The notes under the pieces: model-generated
Database searches by the model: none
Told to the model about the DNA's origin: nothing
The model's input: the letters and a program-made list of their open reading frames with translations, nothing else
IMG/VR virus record: IMGVR_UViG_3300005831_000057
Source: a virus
Taxonomy: Duplodnaviria; Heunggongvirae; Uroviricota; Caudoviricetes
Reading direction: 5' to 3' (one strand)
Length of the DNA stretch: 49,348 nucleotides
Shown: piece after piece, positions 1 to 9,273 of the stretch
Numbering within the stretch: the stretch's first letter is position 1
How the letters are laid out: each line of letters opens with the position of its first letter
Position numbers and translations under genes: made by a program

Positions 1-173
1 CTCTCGCCTATTTTGTAACTATATGAGTCTTTATTTTTTAGATATAAAGGACGCTCTCCCTCTCCGTCCCAAATTTCTAATAACTTTACCACGTCGCCAA
101 TTTGGACATTTGGTAAATTAAATCTTTTGATACACTCCTGCGTTTCCGCAGATATTACTTTTAAACTTTCCAT
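1..173 (-). CDS. Hypothetical phage protein, 3' end outside window (MESLKVISAETQECIKRFNLPNVQIGDVVKLLEIWDG...)
   Basis: Open frame from ATG at 173 to the window edge, GAAAGAGG RBS upstream. Read manually; not in the ORF track. Confidence 0.7.
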   Translation of the reverse strand, partial: MESLKVISAETQECIKRFNLPNVQIGDVVKLLEIWDGEGERPLYLKNKDSYSYKIGE

Positions 174-198
174 TTTTGCCTCTTTCTAATATTTTTTA

Positions 199-214
199 TG
201 TTTCACGTGAAACG
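199..214. promoter_or_regulatory. parS: parS-like site (ParB/Spo0J binding), 15/16 match
   Basis: TGTTTCACGTGAAACG versus consensus TGTTNCACGTGAAACA. Confidence 0.75.
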
Positions 215-276
215 TTTTTTAATATAAACACTTAAGTGCACAAAACAATTGGTGTTATGCACTTAATGAATATATT

Positions 277-612
277 TTATTGAAAAGCTGGTGTACCTAC
301 TGGAATACCTCCCTCTCTTTTCATTAAGGTAGAGTTTGGACTCAGTAAATCTGTCCTATTCGGTAATGCTGAACGAACCACGCCAGAAACTATATAATAA
401 ACATCTTCTGCCCACTCTGGTAATCCGTCGACGTCTCCATATACAACATCATAACGAGGAAATGTGTCTCCGTCCTCGTCTGTTACGTAAAAGGCAATCT
501 CTTGACTTGTTGACACTCTGCATAATCCAACGCTTGGATATGCTTTTTTTATTTCTCCGTTTTCGTCCAACATTACAACTGGATGAGGACATAAATTTTT
601 AATAATTGACAT
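277..612 (-). CDS. Conserved small phage protein of unknown function
   Basis: 111 aa, AAGGAG RBS. The NLCPHPV...GLPE...YYIVS...RTDLLSP pattern is typical of a recurrent phage family. Confidence 0.8.
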   Translation of the reverse strand: MSIIKNLCPHPVVMLDENGEIKKAYPSVGLCRVSTSQEIAFYVTDEDGDTFPRYDVVYGDVDGLPEWAEDVYYIVSGVVRSALPNRTDLLSPNSTLMKREGGIPVGTPAFQ

Positions 613-1132
613 GATAATCTCCTTAACTTTTAAGGCAAAGCGTAGCCATATATTTTTAATACTTAACGCAGTATATTATATATATCTATGTCGTTCGGTC
701 TCATGAATTGCTTTTATTACAATATTAAGGTTGGATACAAGCCTCGCCGTTCTTGCTTTTTATTATGCATATCGTACACCGCATATAATATTTGTTATAA
801 TATACTGCTTTAAATACTAAATACATTTTGTTACATTTATATTAAGCCTTTTCAAATATGCTCTAATTCCGATTTATTTTACATGAATACAACAAAAAAA
901 TTGTTATACCATGCCATTTAAACACCGACGGACTAAGGGACTGCCTTGACTGGTCTTGGTGTATGGATAAGTTACGGACTTTTTATAGTTGTTCCCTGCT
1001 ACAGTTTCAACTTGCCACAATACCATCTTGAAAATACTAATAACCATTACTGAATAATTCATGGTGTTCGTGGGTATTTAGGACTACGGACAAACCAATA
1101 TTTAATTGTAGATACCTATTCGGTACTATTAC

Positions 1133-1161
1133 ATATTATCACTATATAACTTGTTTGTCAA
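1133..1161 (-). promoter_or_regulatory. Sigma-A promoter, leftward (copy 1)
   Basis: Minus strand TTGACA-17 bp-TAATAT with extended TG. Confidence 0.75.
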
Positions 1162-1226
1162 CACTTTTTTTTAAAATGTTTCAAAACTTTGATACTATGT
1201 AGTTGCTACCTTCTTGGTACTATTAC

Positions 1227-1255
1227 ATTCTAATACTATATAACTTGTTTGTCAA
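1227..1255 (-). promoter_or_regulatory. Sigma-A promoter, leftward (copy 2, near-duplicate of copy 1)
   Basis: Minus strand TTGACA-17 bp-TAGAAT; spacer nearly identical to copy 1. Confidence 0.75.
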
Positions 1256-2036
1256 CACTTTTTTTCATTATTTTTTAACTTTTTTTATACTACAATATAT
1301 AGTATTTTTATTATACAGTAACCACTATATATAGTATATTAATCATAATTTTCCAATTATTTCCAACTTATATTATTGTTTCGCCACAAATAAACTTTTT
1401 TTATTATTATATATAGTAGAAACTTTTACATTTTTTATACCAATAATAGCCATAAACCTTTTATTTTCCTTGCTTTTTAGCCAATTTTAAAAGTGTTTTT
1501 CTTGCAGTTTATACATATAAAATAAATGTTTAGTGTCTGCTACCAGTAGTTTGTTTGTAGTCTTGTATGATATCCACCATAATCCACCATATACCTTTAA
1601 AACGCACCAGAACGCCCAAATTGGCGAATACACACTACGCCTATATATTAATACCAATTTAAAATAAACGTGGCTATATGGCTAAATTCACCTTTTAGTC
1701 GCAAACAAATGTCGTTTTCTGTCTTTCTACCACGTACACAAACGAAACTTGTATATATTTATTTTTTACCAATAGATAACATAGTTTTCATATAGATTTA
1801 GTATAATATAATGATGGTATTTCATAGTAGTTTACTAGGAATTAAAAGATATAGATAATTGCAGTAGTATTATTCATTACCATATAACATAGTTTTCATT
1901 ACTATATGTAAAAATTTGATAATTGCAGTATAAGTTTTAATTACTATATTATGTAGCTTTCATTACTACTTGTATAATTTTCAGCGACTCTTGGTATAAT
2001 TTAAGAAATAACAATTATTATTTGTATTGGATAAGA

Positions 2037-2188
2037 AAAACATATGTTCGATGGTATATGTTCGATTTGTGTATCATTGTATTAGTGAAGTGATACATCG
2101 GTCCTTATGGGATCTAAATATAGAACAAACGTTCGACTTAATGGCAATGGAATAACGACATACAGTAGCAGTATAGAACGCATGTTCG
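2037..2188. promoter_or_regulatory. Cluster of Firmicutes LexA (DinR/Cheo) boxes
   Basis: AGAACAAACGTTCG at 2122-2135, AGAACGCATGTTCG at 2175-2188 and AAAACATATGTTCG at 2037-2050; consensus GAAC-N4-GTTC. Confidence 0.7.
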
Positions 2189-2703
2189 AACATAAGTATT
2201 TATTGGAATATTACAAGTAATTGCAGTAGGTTATTAATTGGAAAATATTGGAAATACAAATATATTATAGTAATCCCATGGTAATGTATATTTATGCAGT
2301 AATTTGGTAAATAGTGAATATTTATGCAAGATTGAATAGTATTGTGGAATTGGAAATAATTGGAAAAAGTAAGAGTACTATGACAGTGGTATTATATTAA
2401 TTAAGTATTAACAAGTAATTAAATATAATTAATATGCAGGATATAATTATTGATACTAGTAAGTGATACATAGTAGTAAATGGGATTGATAGGAGTTGTG
2501 AAAAATGAATGATGGGAATGAATGATGTGAAATGAAATGAAAATAATTGTGAGAAAAAGAATGATTTTTTTATATAAAAAGTTGACAAAAGTTTCATGTT
2601 TATTACCCTAAAATACGCCCAAAATATGGATATATGCAATTTTGACGATTCACACAAATATCATAATAGTGTCAAAATATCATAATAATACTAATCATAA
2701 CTA

Positions 2704-2719
2704 TGTTTCACGTGAAACA
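2704..2719. promoter_or_regulatory. parS: parS site, perfect match
   Basis: TGTTTCACGTGAAACA inside an 18 bp perfect palindrome (2703-2720). Confidence 0.85.
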
Positions 2720-3149
2720 TTTATAACATTTGGTATTTGATAAAATGGTATTATATGAAATACAAACCTTGGAAAGCCTTATAAACAAAGGGTTTGCGGG
2801 GGATAGTTCACATCTAAAATATTTTCCCAACTTAAAATCCCAACACTATCTATCCCTCTCTATCCCCAACTCAATTTTGTCACGATTATTTCATCCTCTC
2901 ACCCCACCACCCACAACACATATCCTATTTTAACTATATTCCTCGTACTTTAACGTTGTTCCTTGATTCAGCAAAAGCCACGAAGAACTAACCAATCTTT
3001 ACAATATCATTCTAATTTACAATATTTTCCAAATTAAACATTTATCAATAGATCACCAACTCTAACTTATACATTTCCAATTATTCACAAATTAACAATT
3101 CTAAAATTTAACACTACATCCTATTCCAAATATTTCCAAATCTATAATA

Positions 3150-3178
3150 TTGACAGATATGCTGCACAATGATATAAT
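3150..3178 (+). promoter_or_regulatory. Consensus sigma-A promoter with no credible downstream CDS
   Basis: TTGACA-17 bp-TATAAT with extended TG. Confidence 0.7.
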
Positions 3179-4056
3179 ATTACCATCAGATCAATTTCAT
3201 AACCACCATTATCAATTTACAATTATTTACAATTATAACATTTTATCACAGTCTAATATTGTCACAGAATTTGGATTTTCGACGACATGAGTTTTGTCAC
3301 GATTGCTGTCATGTAATTAAATATCTTCATATATGGCGACATTTTTTAACCACCATAAATCATCAAAATAATGCCACTAAAATCATTAAACTTTTAACCA
3401 CCGATTAGCCACTCTTTGAATTTACAGATATTACCAATTGGACAATTTTAATCCATGATCAATATCGATAATCACCAACTATCAGATTCTTGATAGCAAA
3501 CTGTGGTCATAGCATACCCCTAGAACGCACCAGAATCGATTTTAAGACACTTTATAGCCTAACGTATATATTTATGCCAAAAAGGATAATCATGGTCGAT
3601 TTAAGGCGTATATGGCGAACATTTATCAATCGCTGCTATTTCGTCCAAATATTCCCAGATTAACGATATATCTTACAGTCTATGCCGATAATACATTCTT
3701 GTTGGCAAATATCCCATTATTGGCTATCAAAAACATGGTTGGTAAATTTTACATTCACACATACCATTGTAACGCACTAGAATCGATTTTAAGACATCAA
3801 AACATATTTTTTGGATATTTCCTTGCTTAAAAAATAAAACGTCTTATTTTGGATTCTGATGCGTTGTAGGGCATATAGCCAAAACTAGATTATTTTCCAA
3901 GAATAGAATATGCCAATAATGGAATAGGGCACATTGGTTGGTAGAATGGCTTGTTTTGGTAGAATGCGTGAACTATTCAAAGGGTTTGACTTTAAAAGAT
4001 AAATAAAAAAAATAATAAAAATTCAATAAAATTGGTTTTTATTTTAATGGATTTTT

Positions 4057-4094
4057 GAGGGTATGATTATCACGCAAGTGATAATTGTGCCCTC
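4057..4094 (+). other. 17 bp stem-loop with GCAA tetraloop
   Basis: GAGGGTATGATTATCAC-GCAA-GTGATAATTGTGCCCTC pairs fully when three G-U wobbles are allowed. Confidence 0.65.
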
Positions 4095-4121
4095 GTACAC
4101 TTGTTGACAAACCCTAAAATC

Positions 4122-4530
4122 CTAGATATAACCACGTTCCTAGGATATAACTATACTCCTAGACAATAACTATAAACCTAAAACACAACAGTAATCCTAG
4201 ACATAACTTAGCAACTAGATAATAACTATAATCCTAGTATATAACTAGATGACTAGAATATAATATACTCCTAGAATATAACTATAATACTAGATAATAA
4301 TATATAACTAGATAATAACTATGATACTATAATATAACTAGATTACTAGATAATAATAAACATAATACTAGATAATAACTATAATCCTAGTATATAATAA
4401 ACATAATAATATAATATAACTATGATAATATATAATAACTATAATACTAGTATATAATATATAATATAATACATAAAACATACTACTAGAATATAACTAT
4501 ATAATATATATATAATAAACACTAATATAA
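4122..4530 (+). repeat. Degenerate low-complexity array built around CTAG (units like CTAGATAATAACTATAAT)
   Basis: 17 CTAG counted between 4122 and 4489; G almost absent outside these cores. Confidence 0.85.
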
Positions 4531-5609
4531 TATATAAAACCTAAAGACTAAGTACAAAAGATAAAAGATAAGTTCAAAAGATTAAATACACGACAAAAAT
4601 ACTACGTATTTTCGTCTTTCAAATCTAACATATTCATTACATTCATATGTTAGATTTATTATAATGCTTTTATTATCTAAGATCTTTAAAAGATATTAAT
4701 AACAATAACTAGTAATTAACTAAATTATATTAATAATATACACAATTTAATAAATTAACAGAATATTTACTACGACCAAGATATATATTGGCAAATAAAA
4801 TACTCTAAAATAACCCATAAATTATAGTTAAAAAATACCTAAATTTTGCTATAAAATACTAATTCATGATTGTCAAATAATTATGTCATTTCTCTAAAAT
4901 AATACGTGACATTCTGTCAAAATCTAACATTTAAATATGGTAAAATATGTAAATAAATACCATATAACCAAACGTATGTTATACACTAATTATGATTATG
5001 GTGGTAAAAAATGATCGACTAGATGGCGAATATGCAATAATAAATATGTATACTTGAATAATATGTATAAATATGCAGCATAAACACTAAAATTATACAT
5101 GATGGCAAATAAAATCATATGACAAAACGATAATATTTGTTGGAAACTATAAAATATATCGCTAGAGTACTATTTAAACGCACTACAATCAAATTCTAGC
5201 CACTAAATCATATATATTGAGCAATACTATGCCTATTTTATAAAACGCCTTAAAATCGATTCTGATGCGTTACAATGGTATTATACGATTATATTGCTAT
5301 ACAAGATGTCTTATGTTAGTTATTAGGTACCCCTTTATAGATTGGCGATTATGCTGTCTGATATATTCTACATGGTACAAAGTTATTATGACGACAATAA
5401 GATGTCTTAAAATCAATCGTGGTGCGTTGCAGCTATATATAAATAATACAGAATATACTGCTTGGTCGAAGCGATTCTTACTAGTAAATATATTTATTGG
5501 TAATATCGTATATAATTGGGAAAATATGGAAATTGAGTATGTAATCTAACAACGATCTTCTATATAAATGATGGAAAAATATACTTACAAGAAGATTAAA
5601 TATTCACTA

Positions 5610-5638
5610 TTGACTTATCATTAATCTGGTGGTATAAT
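5610..5638 (+). promoter_or_regulatory. Sigma-A early promoter
   Basis: TTGACT-17 bp-TATAAT with extended TG. Confidence 0.75.
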
Positions 5639-5673
5639 CAAATAAAAAACAACAATTATTTTTAAATATTATG

Positions 5674-5702
5674 TTGACAAGTGGTAAAAGGTATGATATA
5701 CT
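5674..5702 (+). promoter_or_regulatory. Sigma-A early promoter
   Basis: TTGACA-17 bp-TATACT with extended TG, 50 bp upstream of the first rightward CDS. Confidence 0.8.
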
Positions 5703-5752
5703 ATATGTAGATGGAAAATAATTCATCACAAAATAAAATAGGAGGAAAAGAA

Positions 5753-6094
5753 ATGGAAAAAATTGTAAATTGCCCAATCACGAAAGAAAGTTTTTGCAGT
5801 TATTTAAATATAGTGAAGGAGAGGGCTGATTTTCAAGATGGAATCGATTTGCTATGTTCTAAGTTTAATAAAACATCTCATGGCGACGCTGAAATATGTA
5901 TGCCGAGTACTTATGGCATTATCATAGATGTTCTTGAAGAAGTGATGCGTGATAAATACGAAACAATTTCTTGGTGGTGTTGGGAACTTAATTTTGGGAT
6001 TAAATACAAAGATCAATTAAGAGTAGATGATAAAGTAATCGATTTAAGTACATCAGAGTTGTTGTATAACTACCTATGCGAGAGTTATGAATAG
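5753..6094 (+). CDS. Hypothetical early protein
   Basis: GGAGG RBS favours ATG 5753 over 5711; first gene of a tightly packed operon. Confidence 0.8.
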   Translation: MEKIVNCPITKESFCSYLNIVKERADFQDGIDLLCSKFNKTSHGDAEICMPSTYGIIIDVLEEVMRDKYETISWWCWELNFGIKYKDQLRVDDKVIDLSTSELLYNYLCESYE

Positions 6095-6269
6095 TGTGGC
6101 TAATATGGTAATAATGATGGGAGCAATGTTTATGCAAGGAATGTTTGTTGGAATTGCGATTATGATGTTTGTTACAAGAAAAGAAGTGGATAAAGCATAT
6201 CGTGATATTGAAGATATATTTAGCGATATAGAAGTTTTAAAAATAAAAACAAAAGGAGAATTAGAATGA
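6087..6269 (+). CDS. Small membrane protein
   Basis: 60 aa with a hydrophobic N-terminal helix; overlaps both neighbours. Confidence 0.7.
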   Translation: MNSVANMVIMMGAMFMQGMFVGIAIMMFVTRKEVDKAYRDIEDIFSDIEVLKIKTKGELE

Positions 6270-6667
6270 AAGCTTGGGAATTAAAAGAAGGCGAGATTTA
6301 TATCTTAGCATCAAAAGACGACCAAAATAATACAGACGATGTGCGTTTTAGGATTGAAGATGGAATTTTACAAACTGACGCAGCCTGCGGCGATGATTGG
6401 TTTGATAGCTATCTGTCATATAACGAGTGCGCACGTCTCGAATTTAGACATCGTGCATCTCAAAAATTGATATCACTGCTAAAACTTGTAGATAAAAAAT
6501 ATAAATATATTTCTTCATGTGAAAATAGTTTATTAGTGCTATATGAAGAGTTGTGCGATCAGAATATAACCCCTTATTTATCACTAAAAATGTACGGAAT
6601 CGAAAATCCATTTACGTACGAAGATGGATATATATTAATACAAGATATTATAGATGAAAAGTGGTGA
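6266..6667 (+). CDS. Paralog family member 1 (MKxxELxEG..Y / YKYI..D.G motif family)
   Basis: AAAGGAG RBS; shares N-terminal and central motifs with neighbouring ORFs. Confidence 0.8.
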   Translation: MKAWELKEGEIYILASKDDQNNTDDVRFRIEDGILQTDAACGDDWFDSYLSYNECARLEFRHRASQKLISLLKLVDKKYKYISSCENSLLVLYEELCDQNITPYLSLKMYGIENPFTYEDGYILIQDIIDEKW

Positions 6668-7104
6668 TCAGAATTAAACTGCACGAGTTAAAAGAAGGAA
6701 AACTATATATAGTGGATTCGTATATTAGCGTGTTTACAGTTATAAATGGACATCTAGAAATGCTATTATGTGCGTCATTCGGAGGTAGGTGGATTAGATG
6801 TGGCGATTTTTTAGGCGATTTTAAGCCATGCGTAAAATGTAGCGAAGAGTTTATAGATTTATTGCGATCGTTACATACAGATTATGAATATATAACAATT
6901 AGTAAAGATGGGGTATTAACAGCATACGACAACAGACCGTATATAGTGGATTGCGAATGGGTTTGCGATTGCGAAGATGGTAAATATACTAAAATTTTGA
7001 TTAGCTACGAAATTCCATTTACCGATGTGGATGAAGTGATGGATATAGGAGATATTTTATTAAGAGAAACAACTATAGAATACGAAAACTGGGAAAGGAG
7101 TTAA
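6661..7104 (+). CDS. Paralog family member 2
   Basis: LHELKEGKLY...YEYITISKDGVLTAY. Confidence 0.8.
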   Translation: MVIRIKLHELKEGKLYIVDSYISVFTVINGHLEMLLCASFGGRWIRCGDFLGDFKPCVKCSEEFIDLLRSLHTDYEYITISKDGVLTAYDNRPYIVDCEWVCDCEDGKYTKILISYEIPFTDVDEVMDIGDILLRETTIEYENWERS

Positions 7105-7105
7105 T

Positions 7106-7522
7106 ATGAGGTTTAGTGAATTAAAAGAAACGAATCTATATGAAGCTAGTGGATATGTTAGCATTTTTAGACTCAAAAATGGGCGATTAGAATTAGGTCG
7201 GTGTAATAGCTGGAAAGAAGATGGTCTTTATTTATACCCAATTCCCGAGATGGAGTTTAGACTGTATGTAAAACTTGAGGACGAATTGATGGAACTTTTA
7301 GAATCTTTACGAGAGAGTTATAATTATATGACAATCAGTGAAGATGGAGTGCTTGAAGTGTTTGAGTGTATGCCACACATTGTTGATGGAATATTGAAGC
7401 AAAGTTGTGAAGATTTTAAACATGCTCGCTTTTTACCAAATGTCGAAACTCGATCCGTAGACATATCACATATAGGCGATTTTATAGCAAGAGAAAAATA
7501 TAGGCAAGGAGCTGATTTGTAG
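7106..7522 (+). CDS. Paralog family member 3
   Basis: FSELKETNLY...YNYMTISEDGVLEVF. Confidence 0.8.
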   Translation: MRFSELKETNLYEASGYVSIFRLKNGRLELGRCNSWKEDGLYLYPIPEMEFRLYVKLEDELMELLESLRESYNYMTISEDGVLEVFECMPHIVDGILKQSCEDFKHARFLPNVETRSVDISHIGDFIAREKYRQGADL

Positions 7523-7963
7523 ATGAAGTTTTGCGAGTTGGAAGAAGGAAAACTATATAGATCTGACACGAGTATTAGAATTTTTAGACTTAATCATGGT
7601 GAACTTGAAATGGCAATAACTGGAAATACTTGGGTAAAATCATACCTATTTCAAACTACCATCGACAGAATTAACTTTAGACCATATATTAAGATTAAAG
7701 GCGAATTAATGGAATTATTTGAGTCTTTGAACAATGATTATAATTATATGGCGGTTAGCGAAGATGGAATTGTAGAAGTTTGGAAGGAATATCCATCTGT
7801 CATAAACGAAGATGGCGACCGAGAACTAATATTAGAAGATTGCGAATATGCTCGTCTATTGCCTAATTTAGATATTCCATTTATAACTAAGAGTTACGTT
7901 ATAAAGATAAGTAATTTTATAGAAAGCGAAAGAGAAAAGTTTGTAAAAGGATGTGATTTATAG
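7523..7963 (+). CDS. Paralog family member 4
   Basis: FCELEEGKLY...YNYMAVSEDGIVEVW. Confidence 0.8.
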   Translation: MKFCELEEGKLYRSDTSIRIFRLNHGELEMAITGNTWVKSYLFQTTIDRINFRPYIKIKGELMELFESLNNDYNYMAVSEDGIVEVWKEYPSVINEDGDRELILEDCEYARLLPNLDIPFITKSYVIKISNFIESEREKFVKGCDL

Positions 7964-8389
7964 GTGAATATATACGAATTAGAAGAAGGATATTTGTACA
8001 AAACCGACTCATCTGTTGATGTTTTCAGAGTTAAGGATGGACATTTAGAAAAATACGAGTCTAAAACTTGGCAAGAATCTTGGTTTGGCATAGATCGTGC
8101 TGTTGATTTAGAATTTGAAGTATATACAAGACTAAAAGATGAATTTGTTGAATTACTAGAATCCTTATACCAAAGTTATAGCTATATAACAGTTAGTGAT
8201 GACGGTGTGCTTGAAGCTTACGTAAGTAAACCACACGTAATAGATGGCAGATGGGAATGTAGATACCAACATCATAAATGCACTCATATTTTACTTAACG
8301 TAGACACTCCATTTACAAGCAAAGATGGTGCTATGTATATATGGAAAATTTTATTAAGAGAAGAAACTAACGAAGGATGTGATTTATAG
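7964..8389 (+). CDS. Paralog family member 5
   Basis: IYELEEGYLY...YSYITVSDDGVLEAY. Confidence 0.8.
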   Translation: MNIYELEEGYLYKTDSSVDVFRVKDGHLEKYESKTWQESWFGIDRAVDLEFEVYTRLKDEFVELLESLYQSYSYITVSDDGVLEAYVSKPHVIDGRWECRYQHHKCTHILLNVDTPFTSKDGAMYIWKILLREETNEGCDL

Positions 8390-8866
8390 GTGAGAATTAA
8401 CGACTTAGAGGAAAACAAGGTGTATGTACGCATCGACGACGAAAGCAGCAAAGCTATATTATACAAGATAAGTAATGGCGATTTGTTATATGGCGATTTG
8501 TTATTTAGGTTTAATCAGATATCAGAATGGGATTTAAGCAAAGCAGAATACAACGAAGTGTCTAAATGGAAGTTTAGAGAGTATGACGAAGATTTGTCAA
8601 ATAAGTTTATTGAGTGGCTAAAGCAAGTAGATGGTAAATTTAAATATATGGCTGTTGATAAATGCGGAATCTTAGTTTTTGCAACAGAAAAAATGAAATA
8701 TGTGGCTGTATTTGGATGGCGCACTAATTACCATCTTAATCATGGCTACGAGTTAGAAGATACAGCAATTGAGTTAGATATTAGCCTATTTGGTATATCG
8801 AATCCTTTTACTTTTGACGATGGATGTATGCTTATAAGCAATATAGTAAGAAAAGTTACATATTAA
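8390..8866 (+). CDS. Paralog family member 6
   Basis: INDLEENKVY...FKYMAVDKCGILVF...NPFTFDDG (C-terminus like member 1). Confidence 0.8.
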   Translation: MRINDLEENKVYVRIDDESSKAILYKISNGDLLYGDLLFRFNQISEWDLSKAEYNEVSKWKFREYDEDLSNKFIEWLKQVDGKFKYMAVDKCGILVFATEKMKYVAVFGWRTNYHLNHGYELEDTAIELDISLFGISNPFTFDDGCMLISNIVRKVTY

Positions 8867-8887
8867 AATTAATACAAGGAGGAATAG

Positions 8888-9235
8888 ATGGGTAAGATTT
8901 TTTATAAGAACATAGATGGAAGTATGATTACTTATCAGTTTGATAGAAAAAATGAATACACTGGAGAATTTATATGTTTCGTAAGTATGGATATGGGGAA
9001 TACTGTAATGGAAACGAGTATATGCGAAGCTACTTTTAAAACTCTTCATAAAACGCAAGCTGATGCAAACGTAGAATATTACAACAAAATGGTCGAAAGA
9101 ACATTATATGATATTAAGATTATTGAAGATAATATATCTATGCTGCAATTCGATATAGCTCACAAATATGATAGGTTAAAAGATTATAAAAACTTACTAA
9201 TCAAAAACGAAATAGATGGTTTGTACGAATTATGA
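8888..9235 (+). CDS. Hypothetical protein
   Basis: AAGGAGG RBS, 115 aa. Confidence 0.75.
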   Translation: MGKIFYKNIDGSMITYQFDRKNEYTGEFICFVSMDMGNTVMETSICEATFKTLHKTQADANVEYYNKMVERTLYDIKIIEDNISMLQFDIAHKYDRLKDYKNLLIKNEIDGLYEL

Positions 9236-9273
9236 TTGCCAATAAAAAAAACAAATAAAAGGAGATTATTTAA

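Larger units (their letters stand above)
1601..5428. repeat. Dispersed ~26 bp repeat family AACGCAyyAGAATCGATTTTAAGRC, partly as inverted pairs
   Basis: Plus-strand copies at 1601 (partial), 3524, 3771 and 5177. Minus-strand copies ending at 3865, 5271 and 5428. Confidence 0.75.

Noticed and set aside
336-602. Plus-strand 88 aa ORF
   Set aside because: Antisense shadow of the RBS-supported gene 277-612; no RBS of its own.
4122-4530. CRISPR array
   Set aside because: No constant repeat with unique spacers; units are short, degenerate and irregular.
3230-4920. Spo0A boxes (TGNCGAA) accompanying parS
   Set aside because: Only one-mismatch words (TGTCAC, TGTCAAA, TTCGACG), which are expected by chance in AT-rich DNA.
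2397-5549. ORFs 2397-2657, 2730-2933, 3612-3830 and 5265-5549
   Set aside because: No RBS, low-complexity composition, and they overlap repeat modules; treated as non-coding.
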